DNA from: a virus
Lineage: Duplodnaviria > Caudoviricetes
Reading direction: 5' to 3' (one strand)
Length of the DNA stretch: 37,879 bases
IMG/VR virus record: IMGVR_UViG_3300029183_000014
Location: 1 to 37,879 of that record
The first letter of the stretch is position 1, and each line of letters opens with the position of its first letter. Below the pieces are notes generated by a model, which ran no database searches, was not told where the DNA came from, and worked only from the letters and a program-made list of their open reading frames with translations. Made by a program: the position numbers and the translations under genes. This document shows, one piece after another, positions 25,750 to 34,551 of the stretch.

Positions 25750-27576
25750 TTAGCCTTCACAGCCCACACAAGAGATACTATCATTCCTTGGCGGGTTTGT
25801 CAAGGGAATATCTATAATTTTTCTATCAAACTTTTGAGTAATATCTTCAGTCCTGTTTCCTACATGAGTACGACAGTAATATAATGTTTTTAAACCTTTT
25901 TTCCATGCATTGAAGTGTGCATTGTGGAAGACTGTTTTGTTGACTGTTGAAGAGAAGAATAGATTAATTGACTGTGCTTGATCAATAAACTTCTGACGAT
26001 CTGAAGCCAAGTTAACAATCCAGTTTTGATCAATTTCATCTGCTGTTTTGAAGACTTGCTTTTCTTCTTCACTGAGTATGTCAATATTACTACAGGAGCC
26101 TCCATTCGCAATGATTTGCTTCCATAATTGATCACGCTTCGCATCAGCGGGGAATCCGTAGGTTTCATATAACCTCTCTTTTAGTATCTTGTCAAGATAT
26201 TTATTCTTATAAATGTTAGTACCATTATGAGTCTTTTGGCTAAACCCACATTTACTGAAAGGTTCAACAGAAGGACTAGTGTTACCGCAAATGATAGAGC
26301 TAGAAGCATTAGGAGCTACAGCAAGTAAGTAGCAATTTCTACGTTGATGATCTACTCCACTTTCAATATAATCAGGGGCAAACCCACGTTCTTCTCCAAG
26401 TGTGTAAGACTCTTTTAAAGCTTGATGCCAAATGTGACTAAACATTTCAGAGTTAGTTTCTACAGCCTTGATAGACTCAAAAGGAATCATGTTTTTCTGT
26501 AAATATGCATGAAAACCCATCGCACCTAATCCGATGCTACGTTCACGATAAGCACTGTAAGCAGCTTTTTCCATTCCTTCTGGAGCCTTATTAATAAAGT
26601 AATCTAGTACATTATCAAGGAATCGCACCATATCTCTCACCATGCCAGTGTTCTTCCATTCATCATAATATTCTAGATTTACAGAAGATAAGCAACAAAC
26701 TGCTGTTCTCTTTTCGTTAGTAGGCAAAATAATCTCAGTACAAAGATTAGATTGGAATATGTTTAACCCTAATTCTTTATGAGCAGGGTTAATACCTTTC
26801 CTAGATTTATCAATAAAGTGTAGATAAGGTTCACCTGTAGCATGTCTTGTAGTAAGAATAGCTTCCCACAAGTCAATAGCAGATACAGTTTTAACTACAG
26901 CTTTGCTGTTAGGATCTACAAGATTCCAACTATCATCAAAATCAGGATCATGAATTTTAGATTCTACTAACTCCATAAATTCATCTGGAATATTAACACC
27001 ATGATGCATATTAAAGTTCTTACGATTAATATCTCCACCCGGCTTACGCATAGTAATGAACTCTTCTACTTCTGGATGTGAAATATCCATATAAGCTGCA
27101 TATGCTCCTCTACGATTAGTACCTTGGGAATATGCAAGCATTTGAGAGTCTACTACATGCATGAAAGGGATTGATCCGGTACTCCGTGAGCCGTGAGAAG
27201 TAGAAGAACCGTCAGACCGAATGTGGCCCCAATAACCGCCAACACCACCGCCCATAGAAGATAACCACACGTTTTCATCGTGATGATCTGAAAGGCCACG
27301 CCTTGAATCAGGAACATAATTGAGAAAGCAAGAAATAGGTAGTCCACGAGTTGTCCCTCCATTACTCAGCACAGGAGATGCAAACATACACCAATGTTTA
27401 GACACATAATCATACATACGTTGTGCGTGTTCTTCATCATCACAAAAAGTTGTTACTACTCTTTCAAAAGCATCTTGAGGAGATTTTTCATCAGCAGTTA
27501 AATATCTATCTTTAAGTATCTTTAGTCCATAATCATCAAATAGTTCATCCCTTGTATAATCTTTTTTAATTTCCAT
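25750..27576 (-). CDS. nrdA: Ribonucleotide reductase class Ia alpha subunit (short, no evident ATP-cone)
   Basis: 'PISCFL', 'SNLCTEI', 'AVCCLSS', 'APNASSS', 'KTLYY', C-terminal CVGCEG. Confidence 0.96.
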   Translation of the reverse strand: MEIKKDYTRDELFDDYGLKILKDRYLTADEKSPQDAFERVVTTFCDDEEHAQRMYDYVSKHWCMFASPVLSNGGTTRGLPISCFLNYVPDSRRGLSDHHDENVWLSSMGGGVGGYWGHIRSDGSSTSHGSRSTGSIPFMHVVDSQMLAYSQGTNRRGAYAAYMDISHPEVEEFITMRKPGGDINRKNFNMHHGVNIPDEFMELVESKIHDPDFDDSWNLVDPNSKAVVKTVSAIDLWEAILTTRHATGEPYLHFIDKSRKGINPAHKELGLNIFQSNLCTEIILPTNEKRTAVCCLSSVNLEYYDEWKNTGMVRDMVRFLDNVLDYFINKAPEGMEKAAYSAYRERSIGLGAMGFHAYLQKNMIPFESIKAVETNSEMFSHIWHQALKESYTLGEERGFAPDYIESGVDHQRRNCYLLAVAPNASSSIICGNTSPSVEPFSKCGFSQKTHNGTNIYKNKYLDKILKERLYETYGFPADAKRDQLWKQIIANGGSCSNIDILSEEEKQVFKTADEIDQNWIVNLASDRQKFIDQAQSINLFFSSTVNKTVFHNAHFNAWKKGLKTLYYCRTHVGNRTEDITQKFDRKIIDIPLTNPPRNDSISCVGCEG

Positions 27577-27913
27577 TATTATTCCTCATTAACTCTAAAA
27601 AGAAGTCTAAGTCCATTACAGCTAATGGCTTAGATCTGTTTTGTTTTATTATTGCAATTGGTTCATAATCTTTAGCATTTTCTATTGCTTGATCATAAAC
27701 TTTGTATATAGCAAACTTATTGTGATGTTTGCATTCTATTGATATAGGCAAAAGTTGCCTAGCTAAAGGAGAAAGATGAAGATCTTCGCCGGGAGCACCC
27801 ATTGATTGTGGCTTAATATCATCATCTTCTAGTTTAGGAAAGTATTCGTGTATCTTTGCTTTTACAAACTTTTGAAATTCCCTACCTTTATTCTTTGCTG
27901 ATTGTGGTTTCAT
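27566..27913 (-). CDS. PD-(D/E)XK nuclease, Holliday junction resolvase-like
   Basis: 'SAKNKGREFQ', 'GED', 'SIECK'. Confidence 0.8.
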   Translation of the reverse strand: MKPQSAKNKGREFQKFVKAKIHEYFPKLEDDDIKPQSMGAPGEDLHLSPLARQLLPISIECKHHNKFAIYKVYDQAIENAKDYEPIAIIKQNRSKPLAVMDLDFFLELMRNNNGN

Positions 27914-27934
27914 TAATCCTCATAAAGCCTTTCC

Positions 27935-28123
27935 TCAAGCTGTACTGCTTTTTCTAGCTTTTTTCTTTTTTTGTTTGGTATTACTTGTGGACTTATTTTT
28001 GTTACGACTTTTGCTATTGGATTTCTCTTTTGCAAGGAGTCTTGCTTCTTCTTCCGCTTTGTCATGACGTACCCTTTCTAAGAATTCTCTAAATCGTTTT
28101 AAGTCTTCTGGATAATTAGTCAT
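27935..28123 (-). CDS. Small basic hypothetical protein
   Basis: 62 aa with a K-rich tail. Confidence 0.55.
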   Translation of the reverse strand: MTNYPEDLKRFREFLERVRHDKAEEEARLLAKEKSNSKSRNKNKSTSNTKQKKKKARKSSTA

Positions 28124-28454
28124 CTTTAGAATTTAACTTCTCTAATTCATTTATAGGATGATATAATCTATCAAGTTCCCAATCATCAATTATTACAGAC
28201 ACTGCATTATGTTTTATTGCTTTAGTAGCAATATCTAATAGATCATTAATTCTTCTTTGATAATAATTTTCAAAATGTCCTACTTTATCTGCAAAATAAG
28301 CAGCATCTCTAGTCATTCGCCACCATTTTTGGCTTTCTTCAACTTTCCGTTTAATATAATTAGTTCTATCTTGTTCGTTTAAAATCATAGCACAAGCAAG
28401 TGATTCTTTAGCTAATGCTTCTAATTTCTCAGGATAAAAAGGAATAGTTGCCAT
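28116..28454 (-). CDS. Hypothetical protein
   Basis: 112 aa, tight packing. Confidence 0.7.
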   Translation of the reverse strand: MATIPFYPEKLEALAKESLACAMILNEQDRTNYIKRKVEESQKWWRMTRDAAYFADKVGHFENYYQRRINDLLDIATKAIKHNAVSVIIDDWELDRLYHPINELEKLNSKDD

Positions 28455-28464
28455 AACATCTCTT

Positions 28465-28734
28465 TTAAATAAAATCTATTTCAATACCAAGAAAATCTGC
28501 TAACTCTTTAAGAGTCTTTTTCTTAGCTTCAGTTTCACAATCAGGTTCATGATTTTCTTCATCATACTTTTTAGCTTCTTTAAGAAGATCTATAAGCTCT
28601 TGAATTTTATCTTGATCAAGTTCTTTTTTAGAAGGAAACTCATTTGGGCCGTATGGTACTAAAGGATTATATTTTTCCCACCAATCAGGAGGTTTCCTGC
28701 CATAATGATCTATTACCATTGATACTACACACAT
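28465..28734 (-). CDS. Hypothetical protein
   Basis: 'MCVVSMVIDHY...AKKYD...PDCE..K' pattern; AAGGA SD. Confidence 0.7.
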   Translation of the reverse strand: MCVVSMVIDHYGRKPPDWWEKYNPLVPYGPNEFPSKKELDQDKIQELIDLLKEAKKYDEENHEPDCETEAKKKTLKELADFLGIEIDFI

Positions 28735-29033
28735 GATTCTTTCCTTTTCTTCTCTTGTCTAATCCTACGTAAATTAGTATGCTCTACTTTCTTAGGTATT
28801 TCCCAAATTTCTTTATCTTTATTCCAATATGCCATACGAAAGACAGTGATTTGATTACCATCAGCAAGTTTTTTAACTCCTACAGGAATAGGAGCATAAC
28901 CTCTATTTTTAGCAGCAGCTTCTACTTTTTCTTTATGTTGCTTGATTTCCCAATCTTCATACACACGAGGCTTGCGTTTCTCTAAGTACTTTTGTTTATC
29001 TTTACCTGTCCTACACCTGCTTCTAGTTCCCAT
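28725..29033 (-). CDS. Basic hypothetical protein
   Basis: 102 aa, TAATG coupling. Confidence 0.65.
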   Translation of the reverse strand: MGTRSRCRTGKDKQKYLEKRKPRVYEDWEIKQHKEKVEAAAKNRGYAPIPVGVKKLADGNQITVFRMAYWNKDKEIWEIPKKVEHTNLRRIRQEKKRKESCV

Positions 29034-29377
29034 TAGTATTTCTTTCCATGCTTATATTCACGAGATTTATTATACTCTAACTTCTCTAATATAGCTCCAC
29101 CAAGATCTAATCCTCTAGCTCCTGCTGTATCAAAGATACGAATTACAGCATCTGCTAATTCTACTTCAAATCCTTTACGATTAGGGAGCTTATCATCCAT
29201 AAGGTCTTTACGATCAGCTTCAAGTGCTTCTGAAAGTTCACTATGCATTAAAGCAATAAGTTCTGCATTAGATCTTTCATTTTCCCAAAAACCTTTAGCT
29301 TTGTTATCAAGATAAACAATAGCAGAAATGTTATTGATCATTGCTTTAAAGTTTTCTTTACCTTTTTCAACTGTCAT
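29033..29377 (-). CDS. MazG-like nucleotide pyrophosphohydrolase
   Basis: 'ALMHSELSEALEA', 'ELADAVIRIFD', 'K..YN..R..KHGK'; ATG 29377 has an AAGGA SD. Confidence 0.85.
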   Translation of the reverse strand: MTVEKGKENFKAMINNISAIVYLDNKAKGFWENERSNAELIALMHSELSEALEADRKDLMDDKLPNRKGFEVELADAVIRIFDTAGARGLDLGGAILEKLEYNKSREYKHGKKY

Positions 29378-29378
29378 C

Positions 29379-29564
29379 TTATCTTCCTTTAGTTTTATAA
29401 GCAAACATTACTGTGTATGGTTCTGGATCAGGGTAACTACCAAATATCTCTGCGCTTCCTTCTAATATCTCACTGCCTTCTGGAATCTTAAAGCAAATGA
29501 TATTATGATTCTTTAGAATAGCAAATGAACCATCTTTCATATCTTCAAATTTTAAGGACTCCAT
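29379..29564 (-). CDS. Hypothetical protein
   Basis: 61 aa, GAGG SD. Confidence 0.6.
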   Translation of the reverse strand: MESLKFEDMKDGSFAILKNHNIICFKIPEGSEILEGSAEIFGSYPDPEPYTVMFAYKTKGR

Positions 29565-30334
29565 AACTTAACCTCATTTTTCTTAAAGTCATAATCTTCT
29601 GCTCTTAAGATTCTAGCACATCTAGCTTGTTGCAGTGCATCATCTTCTGTTAACCCTTTCTTAACAAACTCATAAACTACCTTATCCCACATCTCAGAAG
29701 TCTTTACTCCATCTAAAATTTTGTGAGCAGTAACCTCTCCCACTCCCGTTACTCCGGGGTAGTTATCTACTTTATCACCAATAAGGGTTTGAAAAAAGAA
29801 ATTAAAGTCAGCAGACTTACGTGTGACCTTCCTTATATTATACACCATTTTCTTGTTTTTGTCAAGAGAAATGTCTTTATTTGGGTTATGGAGATACCCC
29901 GGAATCTGCTCAAAATCCTTATCAATAGAAACTATGATCTTTTTGCCCGGAATACGCTTATTATCAGCCGTAGAGAGGATTCCAAGTACGTCATCTGCTT
30001 CCAGATTAGGCTTAATCACTACATCATAATTCTTCTGCATAAAGTCCTTAACTCCCTTAAAAGCTAAAGGTTTACGCATATCTTTACGATTCTCTTTATA
30101 GGGCTTATAGACTTCTTTACGAAAATTCTTAGCATCAGATAAAGCAATAATAAGCTTATCTCCTTTAAGATTTTCCATAATTCTGTCTACATAATCTTTA
30201 AGATGTCTTACGCACTCTTCTTCATTACTATGAAGAGTCCACAGATTTTCGTCCCATTTGATCTCTACTTCATTACCAGTAGCTACTTGCCAACAGATTA
30301 TATCTCCATCTAGGAGTATTGTTCTTGATACCAT
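29552..30334 (-). CDS. 5'-3' exonuclease (T7 gp6-like)
   Basis: 'LLDGDI', 'YKENR', 'EADD', 'SIDKD', 'GDKVDNYPGVTGVG'. Confidence 0.92.
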   Translation of the reverse strand: MVSRTILLDGDIICWQVATGNEVEIKWDENLWTLHSNEEECVRHLKDYVDRIMENLKGDKLIIALSDAKNFRKEVYKPYKENRKDMRKPLAFKGVKDFMQKNYDVVIKPNLEADDVLGILSTADNKRIPGKKIIVSIDKDFEQIPGYLHNPNKDISLDKNKKMVYNIRKVTRKSADFNFFFQTLIGDKVDNYPGVTGVGEVTAHKILDGVKTSEMWDKVVYEFVKKGLTEDDALQQARCARILRAEDYDFKKNEVKLWSP

Positions 30335-30335
30335 A

Positions 30336-30554
30336 CTAGTCAATTAATTTAAGTACTTTAAGCTTTTGCTCTTCCTCAAATTCCTCTAAAATTACATTGA
30401 TTCTGTTAGCTAACTTAGCACCAATTTCTTCTACAATATCAGCTTTATCATCTGGCATACAGTAATCCCAAAATTCATCAAAGCCTTTGTAATAACTAAG
30501 TTCATCTACCACAAATTGAGTAAGTTCTTCTCCAAGTTCATAGTCTAGTTTCAT
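30336..30554 (-). CDS. Acidic hypothetical protein
   Basis: 72 aa, ATGA coupling. Confidence 0.65.
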   Translation of the reverse strand: MKLDYELGEELTQFVVDELSYYKGFDEFWDYCMPDDKADIVEEIGAKLANRINVILEEFEEEQKLKVLKLID

Positions 30555-30712
30555 AAGTTATTATCCAAGTTAAATTGTTCATCTGGTGGGGTTACAATAA
30601 TATCTTTAATAGCATTGTTACCTGCAAACTGTTTAGGATTCATAGACACAACAATAGCTATTACCATTGTTACAAAAGCTGCTATAGCTAAATAAATTAT
30701 AAATCTTTTCAT
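30551..30712 (-). CDS. Small membrane-anchored protein (53 aa, not in the ORF track)
   Basis: MKRFIIYLAIAAFVTMVIAIVVS...; ATGA overlaps at both ends. Confidence 0.6.
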   Translation of the reverse strand: MKRFIIYLAIAAFVTMVIAIVVSMNPKQFAGNNAIKDIIVTPPDEQFNLDNNL

Positions 30713-30885
30713 TCTTTTACTTTCATTCTTTTAGGTCGATAATCGTTACTATAATATGAGACTAAATGTTTTTCAGCAGCATCTTTAGATTGGAAACAGC
30801 GAATATTACATTCATTGCCATAATATCCTGATGAAGTAACGTATTCTTTAGTTCGAGAATTGTATATCGCATATACGTAATTCAT
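30709..30885 (-). CDS. Hypothetical protein
   Basis: ATG 30885, 1 nt after the upstream stop. Confidence 0.6.
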   Translation of the reverse strand: MNYVYAIYNSRTKEYVTSSGYYGNECNIRCFQSKDAAEKHLVSYYSNDYRPKRMKVKE

Positions 30886-30886
30886 A

Positions 30887-31048
30887 TTACCACCATCCAA
30901 ATATTCTACCATACATAGGTAAGCCTATAATTGTCCCAAATAACATACTAAGAATCATAGAGTACTTTTCTTTAACTATAGCATATGTAGTAATTCCACA
31001 ATATGCTAAGCATAAATACAAAGCTGTATAAACTATAACCCAATCCAT
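30887..31048 (-). CDS. Small two-TM membrane protein (53 aa, not in the ORF track)
   Basis: MDWVIVYTALYLCLAYCG...GWW; TAATG coupling to the kinase. Confidence 0.6.
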   Translation of the reverse strand: MDWVIVYTALYLCLAYCGITTYAIVKEKYSMILSMLFGTIIGLPMYGRIFGWW

Positions 31049-31524
31049 TATGCCATTACCTTCATAATGTAATCAAAACCTTCTTCTTCTGTGGGTTCTT
31101 CATACCGTCCTTTCATACCTTCTACAATACTCCAGTCAATACGCTTACCTTCAGTCTTTTCCCTATGATCTAATCGACTCTGTAGTTCTTCATCAGGACA
31201 ATCAAACACGATAGCAATCTTAGTATAATCTTTAGAAATCTTATCAAGAAATCGTTTACGACTTTTAACAGACATATTAGTACGATCAATAGCAAAAGAA
31301 ACATTATAAGCTAAGCAAGTTTCAAAATCCTTCATCATTTCAGCTTCAGCTTTCTTAATGAACTTTGTGAATCCTTGGTTGTACGTCATATTTGCATCAT
31401 CACACATATCTTCTATATGCCAATCAGAAGAAATAAGATCTGTATCAAAACCAAGAATATCATCATAAAAGGTAGTCTTACCAGAACCGGGAGCACCAAC
31501 AAGAAAGTAAGCTTTAGGCGACAT
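31048..31524 (-). CDS. Polynucleotide 5'-kinase-like P-loop protein (AAA_33)
   Basis: 'GAPGSGKT', 'ISSD', 'IDRTN....R', 'R...R', 'EEGFD'. Confidence 0.85.
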   Translation of the reverse strand: MSPKAYFLVGAPGSGKTTFYDDILGFDTDLISSDWHIEDMCDDANMTYNQGFTKFIKKAEAEMMKDFETCLAYNVSFAIDRTNMSVKSRKRFLDKISKDYTKIAIVFDCPDEELQSRLDHREKTEGKRIDWSIVEGMKGRYEEPTEEEGFDYIMKVMA

Positions 31525-32671
31525 TTGCTAATCCTATACAATTATTAAGTTGATCAAATTTAGTATTAGATACCAGATGTTTAGATATAACTTTATCTAA
31601 AGCACCTTTTGAAGTAGCACCATCATACATCATAAACAAAGCTGGACGCAGCAATGTTGGGATAAACTCTTGAACTGCAAGAGCATAATCTTTACGAGTC
31701 TTTGAATGAGCATACCATCTTTTATACCATTCGTCAAGCTCTACTCTAGTAGATTCATAACTTTTCCAAAAATAATCTTCAAACTCTTGTACTTCTTTTT
31801 TATGTTCAATTGGCAGAGTAGCTTTAAGATCATCCATCCCACCATCTAAAATAAGTGCAATCTTATCTTTAGAACTTGACAAAGCTGATTTAACACGATG
31901 GAGTTGTAAATACCAATCACCTTTAAGCTTAGCCATATGACCATCTTTAGTCTTGATCACAACTCCTTCTTCATCTTCAGCATTACGCACAAGAGTAATA
32001 AGTTTACCTAACGTTACATCTTTTACATCGTACTTCTGTACTATAGATATATTATGTAAATCATGTTCTAGCTCTAATCTTTCATAAGGAAGATAGTCAC
32101 CACTAAAGTTGTGCCTTATAGCTAAGAGCACTAAGTTCTCTTTCTTATGCTGTATAACAATAGGATTCTTTGGATCTAGCCATTCAAATATAGGAGTCAA
32201 CCCCATATCAATACAGTTCCAAGCAAATTCTTTATAGTTAGCATTTTTAGCTACAAAACACTCAGCTTTCATAGATACATCTGTAATACCTTTACGAGTA
32301 GCCCAACGTATCCACTGCTTACCATTCTCCTCTTCTACAGGCAAAGGAGTAACCATAGAACCATCAAGCTTTTCTAGTATATGAGAAGAGTTAAAGAGTT
32401 TATCTATTTCTTCAGCTTGAGTTTCATCCTTCTCATTAACATTAAAGAATTTATGAAATGGTCTACGAATAAGGTTTCCAACTTTATCAAAACAAATACC
32501 ACGACACTCTCTAAGCAACTCTGCATAAGGGCCAGTGAAAGTGTCACTATCTTGATAAATGTAGTCTACTACTTTATACTCTCCTTTATCTATCACAATG
32601 AACTCAGGCTTATCAGCCGTAGCTCTGATAATAGGATTGATAGTAGTAATCTCTGGAAACTTATACTGCAT
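31514..32671 (-). CDS. T4 Rnl1-family RNA ligase
   Basis: 'ECRGICFD', 'PFHKFFN', motif I EKLDGS, 'FEW', 'EGVV', 'KLKG.WY'. Confidence 0.92.
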   Translation of the reverse strand: MQYKFPEITTINPIIRATADKPEFIVIDKGEYKVVDYIYQDSDTFTGPYAELLRECRGICFDKVGNLIRRPFHKFFNVNEKDETQAEEIDKLFNSSHILEKLDGSMVTPLPVEEENGKQWIRWATRKGITDVSMKAECFVAKNANYKEFAWNCIDMGLTPIFEWLDPKNPIVIQHKKENLVLLAIRHNFSGDYLPYERLELEHDLHNISIVQKYDVKDVTLGKLITLVRNAEDEEGVVIKTKDGHMAKLKGDWYLQLHRVKSALSSSKDKIALILDGGMDDLKATLPIEHKKEVQEFEDYFWKSYESTRVELDEWYKRWYAHSKTRKDYALAVQEFIPTLLRPALFMMYDGATSKGALDKVISKHLVSNTKFDQLNNCIGLANVA

Positions 32672-32844
32672 TATTTTATGTCCTCTAAAGTTTCTTTACA
32701 AATGTAATATACTTGTTCTGGATCTCCAGCATTTTCTAAAATATTTTCTATAGCTTCTACTGCATGATCAAGTTTACAAGTAGTACAAGGAGCAAACATC
32801 ATAGCTACTTTATGTCTTTTATTACATTTTTCTTTTAATGTCAT
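32671..32844 (-). CDS. Small Cys/His protein (57 aa, not in the ORF track)
   Basis: C-x3-H-x8-CxxC; TAATG-coupled on both sides. Confidence 0.65.
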   Translation of the reverse strand: MTLKEKCNKRHKVAMMFAPCTTCKLDHAVEAIENILENAGDPEQVYYICKETLEDIK

Positions 32845-33290
32845 TAGAAGTTCCCTTTAGCTACTTGAAAAGTTCTAATCTTATGCTTACGCCACATATC
32901 TACTACACGTTGTCTATCATCATATACTAGATCTGGTTTCTTTCCATATTTTTCTACTATATCTTGTAGCATACTTTCTTTTAATACATCATCAGGAGTA
33001 TAATCACCATCTTTGCGCATCTTTAACTCATGATACCCTACTAAGTGTTCTTCTAGCCATTTAATAGTATCTTCTTTAGCTGAGTCAGATCTACCTGAGC
33101 AAATAACTATAATATGTCCAGCATCATGGTGCATGTAATTCATTTGCATAACTTCTTTGATAGGCTTATCTGCACCTACATTACCATGAAATGCATCCCA
33201 ATTCTTAGGAACTGATCTAATGTAATCTAAACGATGTGTAAGATCAGCTAATGTTCCATCTAAATCAAATACTACTAACATGTCTAACAT
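32844..33290 (-). CDS. HAD 3'-phosphatase (T4 Pnkp C-terminal domain-like)
   Basis: 'FDLDGTLAD', 'SGR', 'MRKDGD..PD...K', 'YDDR..VV.MWR', 'QVA.GNF'. Confidence 0.9.
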   Translation of the reverse strand: MLDMLVVFDLDGTLADLTHRLDYIRSVPKNWDAFHGNVGADKPIKEVMQMNYMHHDAGHIIVICSGRSDSAKEDTIKWLEEHLVGYHELKMRKDGDYTPDDVLKESMLQDIVEKYGKKPDLVYDDRQRVVDMWRKHKIRTFQVAKGNF

Positions 33291-33577
33291 TCTCTTATCT
33301 TTAAAAGTTCACATTCCCAACATTCAAAGCGAAACTGATCTTTAAATCGTAAATATCTATTTTTCCATTCATCAGAATCCCACCATTCTTTTACAACTTC
33401 ATCTTTGGTTACTTGTACTCTACCAGCTTCTATTTTATCTCTTGTTGTAGAGCTTAGTATTCCCATTACAGAGTTTTTAGCTGCTCCTTGAGTAGTCCAT
33501 GAGTTTTTACCTGAAGGAGCTTTCCATCTTTTATCTTCACGACTATCCCATATGATGTATGTCTTTGCATTAGGCAT
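33284..33577 (-). CDS. Hypothetical protein
   Basis: ~97 aa from ATG 33577. Confidence 0.65.
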   Translation of the reverse strand: MPNAKTYIIWDSREDKRWKAPSGKNSWTTQGAAKNSVMGILSSTTRDKIEAGRVQVTKDEVVKEWWDSDEWKNRYLRFKDQFRFECWECELLKIREC

Positions 33578-33685
33578 TACCAATATTTCCTTATTCTAAA
33601 CCAACCTAAATTAACTTGAGTAAATGGTTGTCCATTATTAAATCGTTTATCTATTCCTAATAAAAATACTTTAGACCAAAAACAT

Positions 33686-34003
33686 TTAATCATCTTTAAC
33701 TAATTCTAATATATCTGCACTTTTCTTTTCTGGTTCTATCTTATTCACCCAATCAAGCACTGCATTATAAATATCTGGAAATGTCTCTAAGTTCCAGTGA
33801 GATTGATATGGGTACTTTACTTGTTCCCATTTCCTTGCCCCACAACTAGTACAGTGATAAAGTTTAGCTATAATTTTAGATTCTCTATAGTCTCTATCTG
33901 TCCAGTTGATTGTAGCTTTTACTCCTTTTAGCTCTTTCCAATTATGCCTATGTGGTTTTCTTCCTTCCCACCATGCTTTAAGCCTATTCCATTCTTCTAA
34001 CAT
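33686..34003 (-). CDS. Hypothetical protein with HxH...CxxC zinc-ribbon-like motif
   Basis: 'HRHNW...CTSCG'; GGAG SD. Confidence 0.65.
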   Translation of the reverse strand: MLEEWNRLKAWWEGRKPHRHNWKELKGVKATINWTDRDYRESKIIAKLYHCTSCGARKWEQVKYPYQSHWNLETFPDIYNAVLDWVNKIEPEKKSADILELVKDD

Positions 34004-34551
34004 CGTCTCCAGCCTAAATGGTTGATAGCGTAAATATCTTCATATACTTTCATATGTTGGGCTGCTGTTTTAAATTTAGGAGCTATAATATCTAAAGTAT
34101 AAGCTTTATCCTTATATCCAAATACTCTAAGTACTGCATGAATCGTTCCATCAGATTTTATAGCTACTATAACAATTTCCATGTCTTCTGGTGCTATACC
34201 TTGATGTAATAACTCATAATACTTAGCTATAGCAAAGTCTTCACAATCACCTTCTTTTACATCAAAGAATTCATCAGGTGAAAGCCACACATCATTTAAT
34301 CCATCTGATATATATGTGTATTCATCATTATATTGTTTATTAATTTGCTTAATTATATCTATATCAAAAGTTTTAACTTTAAAATATTCTAAAGACTCAT
34401 TTAAGCCAACTACTCTCTCCCACTTAGGAAAGCTAGAAACATCAGGATCATATTCTCTATTCAAGGCTTCCTCCTTCTTTAAATACGAATATATACCAGC
34501 ACCGATTAATGATAGCAACAAAAATATTAAAAGTATACTAGTGTATTTCAC
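33997..34551 (-). CDS. Transglutaminase-like cysteine peptidase (BTLCP / C93, LapG-like) with N-terminal membrane anchor
   Basis: 'W.SP.EF....GDCEDFAIAKY..L...G', 'HAVL', 'LD'; hydrophobic residues 6-24. Confidence 0.88.
   Translation of the reverse strand: MKYTSILLIFLLLSLIGAGIYSYLKKEEALNREYDPDVSSFPKWERVVGLNESLEYFKVKTFDIDIIKQINKQYNDEYTYISDGLNDVWLSPDEFFDVKEGDCEDFAIAKYYELLHQGIAPEDMEIVIVAIKSDGTIHAVLRVFGYKDKAYTLDIIAPKFKTAAQHMKVYEDIYAINHLGWRRC

Noticed and set aside
33577-33693. 38-aa ORF (MIKCFWSKV...RKYW) filling a gap on the - strand
   Set aside because: Plausible from its coupling, but too short and without an RBS or motif to call
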